Positions 47,267 through 56,321 of a stretch of 64,000 nucleotides of DNA are shown piece by piece (within the stretch, counting starts at the first letter, position 1; each line of letters opens with the position of its first letter). The position numbers and the translations under genes were made by a program. Source of the DNA: Candidatus Bipolaricaulota bacterium (GTDB lineage Bacteria > Bipolaricaulota > Bipolaricaulia > RBG-16-55-9 > DRXL01). The notes under the pieces are model-generated. The model had not been told where the DNA came from, searched no databases, and saw nothing but the letters and a program-made list of their open reading frames with translations. The DNA is taken from contig JANXCC010000001.1 in assembly GCA_025060395.1 (NCBI GenBank), positions 42,538 through 106,537 on the forward strand. The letters are read 5' to 3'.

Positions 47267-47950
47267 TTAGGAGCCACCTCCGATCTGCCCGCCTGGCGAG
47301 AAGTGCTTGACGATCCCAACGTACAGCCCGACAACCAAGAATGCCCCGGCGGGGATGATCATGATGACCCAGGGGGTCCAGCCGCTGAAAATCTGAATGC
47401 CAAAGAGACTGCCAAAGCCCAGCAGCTCACGGATAATCCCTAGAAGCGTCAACGACATTGTGAATCCCAGGCCGACTCCCAAAGCATCGAGCGCTGAGAG
47501 CCCAGGGCTGTTCTGGCTCGCAAACGCTTCAGCACGCCCTAACACAAAGCAGTTTGTAATAATTAACGGGACATACGGGCCCAAGGCTGCCGACAGCGGC
47601 GGCAGATACGCCCGCAAGAAGATATCGACGATCGTAACCCAGAACGCAATGATGATCATGTACGCTGGGAGTCGCACCTCCGCAGGGATGAGGGTGCGTA
47701 GAGCTGCCACCGTAACACTGGAAGCAACGGTCGCGACCAGCGTTGCCAGCCCCTGCGCCATGCCGTTGATGGCCATGTTCGTAGCGCCCATAGTGGGACA
47801 CATCGCCAAGATCATTCGGAATGTCGGATTATCATCCCAGATGTCACGAACTAACTCTTTCCACCCCTTGGTCTGGGGCAGCCGCTGCGTTAATGGGATC
47901 GCTGGAGCTGATGCTTGTTGCATCGTCGTTGTCTTCACTTCTGCCGCCAT
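47267..47950 (-). CDS. rnfE: Rnf subunit E (NqrD family)
   Basis: LAMCPT, VRLP, PLIITNCFVLGRAEAFA, IRELLGFG, PAGAF. Confidence 0.93.
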   Translation of the reverse strand: MAAEVKTTTMQQASAPAIPLTQRLPQTKGWKELVRDIWDDNPTFRMILAMCPTMGATNMAINGMAQGLATLVATVASSVTVAALRTLIPAEVRLPAYMIIIAFWVTIVDIFLRAYLPPLSAALGPYVPLIITNCFVLGRAEAFASQNSPGLSALDALGVGLGFTMSLTLLGIIRELLGFGSLFGIQIFSGWTPWVIMIIPAGAFLVVGLYVGIVKHFSPGGQIGGGS

Positions 47951-47983
47951 CTGCCTCAACTCCTTCTGGCCGGCTTTGGCCAC

Positions 47984-48016
47984 AAAAAGCATACTATAAT
48001 AGTCTGCTTTTTTCAA
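47984..48016 (-). promoter_or_regulatory. AT-rich palindrome containing a putative internal promoter
   Basis: Minus strand TTGAAA-17nt-TATGCT overlapping an AAAAAGCA.ACTAT.ATAGT.TGCTTTTT inverted repeat. Confidence 0.45.
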
Positions 48017-48022
48017 GGCTCG

Positions 48023-48718
48023 CTACCGGCGCTCTTTTTGCACGATCTTGCGTAGGTTCGCGATCGCCTGGTTCAGCAGATCCCGCACGGTCGTCGACGT
48101 ATACGTCGCCCCGGTGATCGCGTCGAATTGATTAGGAGCCTTAGGGGTGTTGGGATCACGGAACTTGACGAATTCGATCCTAGGATCAGGCTTGATCCCC
48201 TTGAACTGGCTCCAGAACTGTTCTTCAGTCATGCGGAAGCCCAGTCCTGGGGTCTCCCCGATCTCGAAGGTGACGACGTGAGCCCCGATAATCTCAGAGA
48301 GATCAGGCTTGAGGGCGACTTGCATCGCGACCAGCCCCTGAAAGCCGCTCCCCGCAATGCGGATCACATAAGCCATTAGATCCCCACCGATCTTGTCTTT
48401 GTAGACCTTCCAATAGGTGAAGCTGTCCGTCTTGATCTCTTCAATATGCTCTTTGAAATACTGATCGACCTGGGCGGCGGAGAGCTTGGGCAATCCCTCG
48501 GCGGGAAAGAGCTCTTCGGCGGTGTACAGCCCTACAGCCACGAGAATACTCGATCTCAACCGAGCTTTGGCGTTCGCTTCGATGGTCGCTTTGGTCACTT
48601 CGTTGACAAGAGCAAGCAGCCCGCCGGCGATCGCCGCGATCGCCGTCAGCACGATGATCATGCGCCACTCGTGCGGCCCGATCAGCTTCTTCTGCTTCTT
48701 GGGAGCTTGCTGTGCCAT
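48023..48718 (-). CDS. rnfG: Rnf subunit G (FMN-binding)
   Basis: N-terminal TM helix, GSGFQG, ETPGLG, FMNylation motif DAITGATYTS. Confidence 0.92.
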   Translation of the reverse strand: MAQQAPKKQKKLIGPHEWRMIIVLTAIAAIAGGLLALVNEVTKATIEANAKARLRSSILVAVGLYTAEELFPAEGLPKLSAAQVDQYFKEHIEEIKTDSFTYWKVYKDKIGGDLMAYVIRIAGSGFQGLVAMQVALKPDLSEIIGAHVVTFEIGETPGLGFRMTEEQFWSQFKGIKPDPRIEFVKFRDPNTPKAPNQFDAITGATYTSTTVRDLLNQAIANLRKIVQKERR

Positions 48719-48722
48719 GGAA

Positions 48723-49841
48723 TCACCTCTTTTGGATCGCGGGAGCGGAGAAGCTCTTTGGGATTGTGAATCTGTCGAGCAACGGCGTGAACATATTGCC
48801 AATCAAGATAGAGAACGTCACCCATTCGGCGTAGCCGGTCAGCCCACGTCCTAGGACCGTCAGCACACCGAGCATCATCCCGAAGATCCAACGGCCACGG
48901 ACGGTCATAGGGCTGGTGACAGGATCAGTCGCATTGAGAAATGCCGCAAAGAGCAAGCCTCCTGACAACATCGTGTAGAGGCCATCGGGGAATCTAGAGG
49001 GATCGACGAAGTGGAGGAACTGTGAGGTTAGCCCGGCGCTCACGATCATCACAATCGAAACGCGCCAATCGATGACTCGTGCCTGCAGCAGATACAAGCC
49101 GCTCAAGAGCACGAGCATGGCTGAAGTGGCCCCTAGGACGTCTGCGCGTCCAAACCCTGTCACGAGCGTAAACAGATCGGGATTGGCAAGAGCAGGATCC
49201 CTGAAGGCTCCCAGAGGGGTTGCCTTAGCAATAGCATCGAGCCCCTTGACCGACTCCGGCGACCAATGTAAAAAGCCCCCAAGCCCATCGGTTAGGGGAT
49301 TGAAGGGTACATACCAGAAGTTGGTCATTGCTGCGGGAAACGCTAATAACAAGAAGGCTCGCCCGCTGATCGCCGGGTTGAAGATATTGTAGCCTGAGCC
49401 CCCAAAGAGCTCTTTGATCCCAATAGCAAAGGCAATCCCCACCGCAACCATCCAGAAAGGCAGCGTTGGGGGCAACGAGAGCGCGTAGAGCATACACGTC
49501 ACTAGGAGCCCCTCGGTAATCTCATGGCGACGAATAGCACAGAACGTAAGCTCTACAGCAATCCCCACAAGATACGTTACGATGATGATCGCTAGCGAGC
49601 GCCAGCCGTAAAAGTATATGCTGGCCAAGACCAAGGGGATGCACGCCAGGAGCGGTGCGCCCATATAGCGTTGCATCCCGATTGCATCGCGGATATAGGG
49701 AGCTTGACGAGCAGCCTTCTCGCTGCCGCCGAAGATCGCGTCCTTAATGCCCTCGACGATAATAGCCAAACCCTCACGACGGCGTGCTACCAAGTCTTGA
49801 TGAATTCTTTCGAACAGCTCGTAGATTCTGTCCTGAAGCAT
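48723..49841 (-). CDS. rnfD: Rnf subunit D (NqrB family)
   Basis: KELFGGSGYNIFNPA, FMNylation site KATPL, ATDPVTSP. Confidence 0.93.
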   Translation of the reverse strand: MLQDRIYELFERIHQDLVARRREGLAIIVEGIKDAIFGGSEKAARQAPYIRDAIGMQRYMGAPLLACIPLVLASIYFYGWRSLAIIIVTYLVGIAVELTFCAIRRHEITEGLLVTCMLYALSLPPTLPFWMVAVGIAFAIGIKELFGGSGYNIFNPAISGRAFLLLAFPAAMTNFWYVPFNPLTDGLGGFLHWSPESVKGLDAIAKATPLGAFRDPALANPDLFTLVTGFGRADVLGATSAMLVLLSGLYLLQARVIDWRVSIVMIVSAGLTSQFLHFVDPSRFPDGLYTMLSGGLLFAAFLNATDPVTSPMTVRGRWIFGMMLGVLTVLGRGLTGYAEWVTFSILIGNMFTPLLDRFTIPKSFSAPAIQKR

Positions 49842-49854
49842 ATTCTACTCCTCT

Positions 49855-51282
49855 CTAGGCAGCTTCAGCCAGGATCTTACGCTTGCCTTCACGAATCTGC
49901 TCCAACAGCGGGATCTTGCTGGGACAGACATACGCGCACAGGCCACACTCAATACACGCAAAGAGATCCATGTCCTGGGCTTCGCTCAAGAGCCCATGGG
50001 CGGAGTATTCCCCAAGCAACGCCGGCATGAGATTCTGGGGACATACATCGACACAGAAGCCGCACCTGACGCACGGCCTAGGATTACCGTTCAAGCTTGT
50101 GGTTGCGCGTTTGTAGCGAACCCAGGGCACGCTTAGATAAACGCCGGTGAACGAGTCGCGATCAAATCCTGGGCCAGCCACGGGAAAGAGCTCACGCTCG
50201 GCTTCTCGTAACACGATGACCGCGGAAATCTCTTTAGTAATCGGGGTATTGAGATCGTCCTGGGCCTGCCCGCGCAGGACGCTCCCCAGGACAATCCGCC
50301 CATTACACTTCGTATTATTATTCTCCAACAGATTGCTTAAAGGCGTACCCACGCGCACCCGATAGTTCCCTGGCTCTTGAATAGCTGAGCCAGCCACTGA
50401 AACGACGCGCTCGACGAACGGCTTACCCTCGACGACGGCCTCGTAGGCCGCTACACACTGCTGGACGTCTTGCACGACGCAGCCAACGTCGGTCGCGTAG
50501 CCCCGCTGGGGCAGGAGCACCCCCAGGAGGGTGCGAATGAGCACGGCATCGTCATGCTGGGGATATTTGGGGCGCAATTGGTGAATCGTGCACCAATCAT
50601 AGTATTCCAAGCGCTCGATCAGCTCTTCGTAGATCCTGGGTTTGTTATACCCAAGCCCAATATGTACCTGAACGTTACCCAGGGCTTGGCGCAGGATCTT
50701 CATCCCGTTTACGAACTTGTCGAACTCTTCATAGAGCAACTGATCGGTGGCTTCGCAGAACGGCTCGGTCTCGACGGCATTAATGATGAGATAGCGAATC
50801 TTCTCAGGGGTGGTGAACGCCGAGTGATAGGCGGTAGGGAAGCCAGCTTGGCCACCGGCTGTGACCCCTGCTTCGTAGAGAATTCTTCCTAGCTCTTCTG
50901 GGGAGAGCCTCTCGTAGTTAGCGGGAGGGTTGAGCTTGGCCCAATCGTCCTTGCCGTCGGACTCGATGTGGACGCAGAGCGTCTCACCTCCTAGGGGGTG
51001 AGGGCGCTTGTCGATCTTGACGACCCTGCCCGAGATGCTCGCGTGGACAGGGGTTGAAGGCTTCTTGGGATTGGGCTCAGCCCGCCCGATTATCTGCCCT
51101 GTCTTGACGCGGTCGCCCTCCTTGACGACAGGAGCCACTTCGGCGGAAAACCCCTGACGCAAAGGGATGATCACTCTTTGGGGTGTCGGCGCTGTTTTTA
51201 ATCTCTTGCCGCGCGGTGTCCCCTCAAAGAGCCCAAAGTAGTGGCCACCTTTAAAGGTCTTCAGAGATCCCAAGACGGCCAT
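49855..51282 (-). CDS. rnfC: RnfC-like subunit with degenerate FMN/NAD motifs and two [4Fe-4S] clusters
   Basis: FKGG, VKEGDRVKTGQ, PVHASISG, AGFPT, CVRCGFCVDVCP, CIECGLCAYVCPS. Confidence 0.88.
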   Translation of the reverse strand: MAVLGSLKTFKGGHYFGLFEGTPRGKRLKTAPTPQRVIIPLRQGFSAEVAPVVKEGDRVKTGQIIGRAEPNPKKPSTPVHASISGRVVKIDKRPHPLGGETLCVHIESDGKDDWAKLNPPANYERLSPEELGRILYEAGVTAGGQAGFPTAYHSAFTTPEKIRYLIINAVETEPFCEATDQLLYEEFDKFVNGMKILRQALGNVQVHIGLGYNKPRIYEELIERLEYYDWCTIHQLRPKYPQHDDAVLIRTLLGVLLPQRGYATDVGCVVQDVQQCVAAYEAVVEGKPFVERVVSVAGSAIQEPGNYRVRVGTPLSNLLENNNTKCNGRIVLGSVLRGQAQDDLNTPITKEISAVIVLREAERELFPVAGPGFDRDSFTGVYLSVPWVRYKRATTSLNGNPRPCVRCGFCVDVCPQNLMPALLGEYSAHGLLSEAQDMDLFACIECGLCAYVCPSKIPLLEQIREGKRKILAEAA

Positions 51283-51284
51283 TG

Positions 51285-52043
51285 CTAACGTCGCTTCCTT
51301 TCTTCAGTCCAGTAGGGCTTGCTGTACTCGTCCTTGCGGATCCTCCAGAAATGGAACGCTATGAGGAAGATCGTAATCATGGGCAACACAAAGACGTGAA
51401 GCACATACCAACGCAGGAGCGCCGGCTGCCACAGGTCTGTGCCGCCTAGCAGAATCTCCTGGACATACGGCCCCACAACGGGCACCCCAGCGGCAATGTT
51501 GCTAGCGATCTTGGCGGCATAATAGCCCAGCTGATCCCACGGCAGAATATACCCGCTAAAGGCAAAGAGAACCGTAATCACCAGGAGCAGCACCCCGATG
51601 ACCCAATTGAATTCCCTGGGCTTCTGATACGATCCGGTGAAGAAGACCCGCAGCATATGGAAGAAGACGGCAAAGACCATCAGCTCCGCAGCCCACTTGT
51701 GCATATTGCGCATAAATCTGCCCAAAGGAACTACGTTGATGATCTCCCGGACAGAGTCATAAGCGCGCTCGACCGAGGGCACGTAATAGAACATCAAGAA
51801 GCCACCAGTGATAGCCAAGATAAGGAAGAGCCAGGTGCTGATAACCCCCATCCAGACCCAGTTATAACTGAGTCTCGCTGATTCTTTATGAATCTTAGCG
51901 GGGAGAATATGTACGAAGAAGTTGCGGCGATTCATGGCGAGTCGGTCGGCTTCGGTCTGAGGTAATCCCTCACGACGGAAGATCGAGAGCCAGACTCGCG
52001 AGCGTCGGATGCCCTGTAAGATTAGAAGGATCTTGTCGATCAT
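51285..52043 (-). CDS. petB: cytochrome b6-type (split cytochrome b, N-terminal four-helix part)
   Basis: Four heme His ligands (MHKW, FHML, LHVF, FHFW); PREFNW, GYILPWDQ. Confidence 0.93.
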   Translation of the reverse strand: MIDKILLILQGIRRSRVWLSIFRREGLPQTEADRLAMNRRNFFVHILPAKIHKESARLSYNWVWMGVISTWLFLILAITGGFLMFYYVPSVERAYDSVREIINVVPLGRFMRNMHKWAAELMVFAVFFHMLRVFFTGSYQKPREFNWVIGVLLLVITVLFAFSGYILPWDQLGYYAAKIASNIAAGVPVVGPYVQEILLGGTDLWQPALLRWYVLHVFVLPMITIFLIAFHFWRIRKDEYSKPYWTEERKRR

Positions 52044-52603
52044 GAGAACTTGATGTCGCTCCCGTCGGGTGTGGGACCTTCGATCTCTTGGCCTTCAACC
52101 GTGAGATACCAGGTAGAAGGGACAGTCTGAGCGTTGTCGACCTGAAGGCGTCCATCGGGCGTCAGGGATAGCCTGTAGAATGGTAACGGCTTAGGAGCCG
52201 GTCCCCCGAGCACCCGCCCATCACGCGCAAAGACGCTCCCATGACAAGGACAGACAGCGTGCACCACAGGATATTCTCGGGTTGGTGGCCCAAACGGCTT
52301 ATAGCTGCACCCCAGATGGGTGCAAGTCATAGAGAGTGCTTGGAAGCCTAAGGGTGTTCGGAATATCAGGACCCTCTTGGCTTCGATAGGACGCATCTCC
52401 CCGACTTGATAATCACTGGGACGTCCCACTATGAAAGTTGTTGTGGGCTCGTAGGTAAGTCGTGGTTTGAGATAGAAGGGGATACCTTGGGCTATGCCTC
52501 CAAGGGCCAGAGCGAGCGATCCCCACCCTAGCCATCCTAAGAAGCGTCGCCGCGTCAACGACCCTATGGGAAGCTCGATAGTCGAATCTCTCTCGGCTTC
52601 CAT
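52040..52603 (-). CDS. petC: Rieske [2Fe-2S] protein with Tat signal-anchor
   Basis: LTRRRFL, CTHLGC, CPCHGS, GPAPKPL. Confidence 0.93.
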   Translation of the reverse strand: MEAERDSTIELPIGSLTRRRFLGWLGWGSLALALGGIAQGIPFYLKPRLTYEPTTTFIVGRPSDYQVGEMRPIEAKRVLIFRTPLGFQALSMTCTHLGCSYKPFGPPTREYPVVHAVCPCHGSVFARDGRVLGGPAPKPLPFYRLSLTPDGRLQVDNAQTVPSTWYLTVEGQEIEGPTPDGSDIKFS

Positions 52604-52650
52604 CAAGCCACCCTTCTCCTTCACATTGCAGCCGCACTGTCGTGTGCCGC

Positions 52651-52679
52651 ATTATAGCAAGGGCTCTACGTCCTGTCAA
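52651..52679 (-). promoter_or_regulatory. promoter of the Rieske/cytochrome b-Rnf operon
   Basis: Perfect TTGACA-17nt-TATAAT with extended TG. Confidence 0.85.
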
Positions 52680-52755
52680 ACGGTGAGCTTGAGGCATAGC
52701 TTGATGACATGCGTCATGTGAGGGTCCTCCTCCTTTTTGCTATGATATCATATTG

Positions 52756-53350
52756 ATGTTTACCGGGATCATCATCGACACGGGCGAGGTCGTGTATGCC
52801 AGCTCGCATCGCCTGACCGTGAGCACCCCTAGGCTCTTTAAGGAGCTAGAGATCGGACGGAGTATCGCGGTCAACGGCGTATGCTTGACTATTATTGAGC
52901 TTACCCCAGCGTCAGAGAGCTTTTCAGCGGAGCTCAGCCCCGAGACGCTTGCGCGCACGAACTTGGGGTTGCTGCGGCGCGGCGATCTCGTCAATTTGGA
53001 ACTGCCCTTGAGGCTTTCGGATCGTCTCGATGGGCACTTCGTGCTGGGGCACGTCGACACTGTTGGGGAGGTCGTCTCGATCTCCCGGAAAGAGAAGGGC
53101 GCGGTCTTCCGTTTTCGGGTCGACGCAAGATACTCGCCCTACCTCATCGAGAAAGGCTCGATCGCCCTCGATGGGATCAGCTTGACGATCTTTAATATTC
53201 GCAACGGGGAGTTCGACGTCGCGGTCATTCCCCACACGCTAGAGCAGACGAATCTACGCACGCGGCGTCCGGGGGATAAGATCAACGTTGAGTTCGATGT
53301 GCTGGGGAAATACATAGAGAAATTGTTCCAAGACAAAGGAGGCCAGCGAG

Positions 53351-53364
<14 letters not shown>
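52756..53364 (+). CDS. ribE: riboflavin synthase (alpha chain)
   Basis: [37 protein letters not shown]. Confidence 0.96.
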
Positions 53365-54566
<1,202 letters not shown>

Positions 54567-54577
<11 letters not shown>

Positions 54578-54986
54578 GATCGCGATCGTCGTCAGTCAGT
54601 TTAATAAAGAGATCACCCAAGAGCTGCTCAAGGCTGCGCAAGAAGAGCTTCAGCGAGCTGGGGTCGCGGAGATTGATGTCTTTTGGGTGCCGGGGGCGTT
54701 TGAGTTGCCCGCAACGGTGAAGCGTTTAGCTCAAGTGGGGCGCTATGATGGGATTCTGCCGCTGGGGTGCGTGATCAAGGGGGAGACCGCGCACTTTGAG
54801 CATATCGCTCGGGCAGTCGCTGATGGACTCATGCGCGTGACGCTCGAATGTGATACTCCCATAGTCTTTGGGGTGCTGACGCCGTACACCGAAGAGCAGG
54901 CGTGGGCGCGGATCTACAAAGGCGCTGAAGTCGCCAAGAGCCTAATAGAACTGATTCATCTTCGGCGGAAGCTGAGATCTGCCTAG
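54567..54986 (+). CDS. ribH: 6,7-dimethyl-8-ribityllumazine synthase
   Basis: [24 protein letters not shown]. Confidence 0.95.
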
Positions 54987-55045
54987 ACGGGTCCTGCTTA
55001 TTCACGGCAAGCTCACCCCTCTCTATGAGAGCATAGAGAGCCACA

Positions 55046-55393
55046 GTGAAGATTCTTCTCGAAAGTCTCTTCGCTCTGTGCTACAATAATCTTTGGGTGA
55101 TCATTGTGATAGCAGCGAAAGATCGTCAGGTGCTTCAGATGCTCGACACGCTCGGTGCGCCTCATAATAGCGATCTCGCGACGCGCACCGAGAGATTGCT
55201 GAACACCTTAGGTGTCTGGGAGGTCGCGCATCGACTGCGTTCTGCTTGTGCCGAGTACCCGCGCGAAGCTCAGGCGTTTTTAGAGTATCTGGCCCAGATC
55301 AACCCTGCCGCCGCTGATAGAATTCAAATATTGCTCACAGCCACCAAGGGCGAAGACAAAGAGCTCGTTAGGCGCGAGTTCGGCGCAGAATAA
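55046..55393 (+). CDS. hypothetical helical protein (start uncertain)
   Basis: ORF fills the gap upstream of the hydrolase gene; no motif recognised. Confidence 0.45.
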   Translation: MKILLESLFALCYNNLWVIIVIAAKDRQVLQMLDTLGAPHNSDLATRTERLLNTLGVWEVAHRLRSACAEYPREAQAFLEYLAQINPAAADRIQILLTATKGEDKELVRREFGAE

Positions 55394-55411
55394 ATCTTGA
55401 AGGAGGTCCCT

Positions 55412-56086
55412 ATGCAAATTACGTTCATTGGTCATGCCGCCGTCGAGATCAGAACCAACAAACACTCGATCTTGATCGATCCGTTCATCACTGGCAACCC
55501 CGTCGCAAAACACAAGCCTGAAGACTTCAAGCCCGACGCAATCTTGCTCACTCACGGCCACGCCGATCATTTGGGCGATGCCGTATCGATCAGCCAGCGC
55601 ACCGGTGCGCCGATCATCGCGATCTTTGAGTTGGCAACGTACTGTCAGTCCCAAGGGGCAAAAGCCGTCGGGATGAACATCGGCGGCCCAAGCCGCTTCG
55701 AGTTCGGAACCGTCCAATTAACCCCAGCAATCCATAGCTCCAGCCACAACGGACATTACTTGGGAGAACCCTGTGGGATAGTCCTCACGACCCTAGAGAA
55801 CACAAAGATCTACCACGCGGGCGATACTGCGCTCTTTGGCGACATGGCCCTCATCGGAAAACTCGGATTAGATATAGCTTTCTTGCCCATCGGGAGTTAC
55901 TATACGATGGACCCCGACGCGGCTGCTGAAGCCGTCCAGTTGCTCAAACCCAAGATCGTCATCCCGATTCACTATAATACCCTGCCGGCAATCACCCAAG
56001 ATCCCCACAGATTCAAGACGATGGTCGAGTCACGGACTCAAACACAAGTCATTATCATGCGTCCCGGTGAGAGCGTGACTGTTTAA
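55412..56086 (+). CDS. metal-dependent hydrolase, metallo-beta-lactamase fold (UPF0173-like)
   Basis: IDPFITGNP, THGHADH, YHAGDT, PIHYNT. Confidence 0.92.
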   Translation: MQITFIGHAAVEIRTNKHSILIDPFITGNPVAKHKPEDFKPDAILLTHGHADHLGDAVSISQRTGAPIIAIFELATYCQSQGAKAVGMNIGGPSRFEFGTVQLTPAIHSSSHNGHYLGEPCGIVLTTLENTKIYHAGDTALFGDMALIGKLGLDIAFLPIGSYYTMDPDAAAEAVQLLKPKIVIPIHYNTLPAITQDPHRFKTMVESRTQTQVIIMRPGESVTV

Positions 56087-56131
56087 CGGGAATGGCCGAC
56101 TGTTATTGAAAATCTGTGACGGCTGTCGCCC

Positions 56132-56215
56132 TTGACAGGGGAGGGTCCCTGCCCCATAATAGCCCTGGGAGTGTAGCGCGCATCACGTTGCGACACGCCG
56201 CAGATACGCTATAAT
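56132..56215 (+). promoter_or_regulatory. tandem promoters upstream of nrdJ
   Basis: TTGACA-17nt-CATAAT and TTGCGA-16nt-TATAAT. Confidence 0.55.
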
Positions 56216-56321
56216 CTACATAGGAAGGGGCTTTCCCAGCCGAATCGGCCCACCTAGGTGTGCGACCGATACGAGGCTCAAGCGATCATCGCGGCGTCAC
56301 GCAGAAGGGGGAAAATCCGAA

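Noticed and set aside
52680-52755. Possible FMN riboswitch before the rib operon
   Set aside because: Region is too short and lacks RFN consensus blocks.
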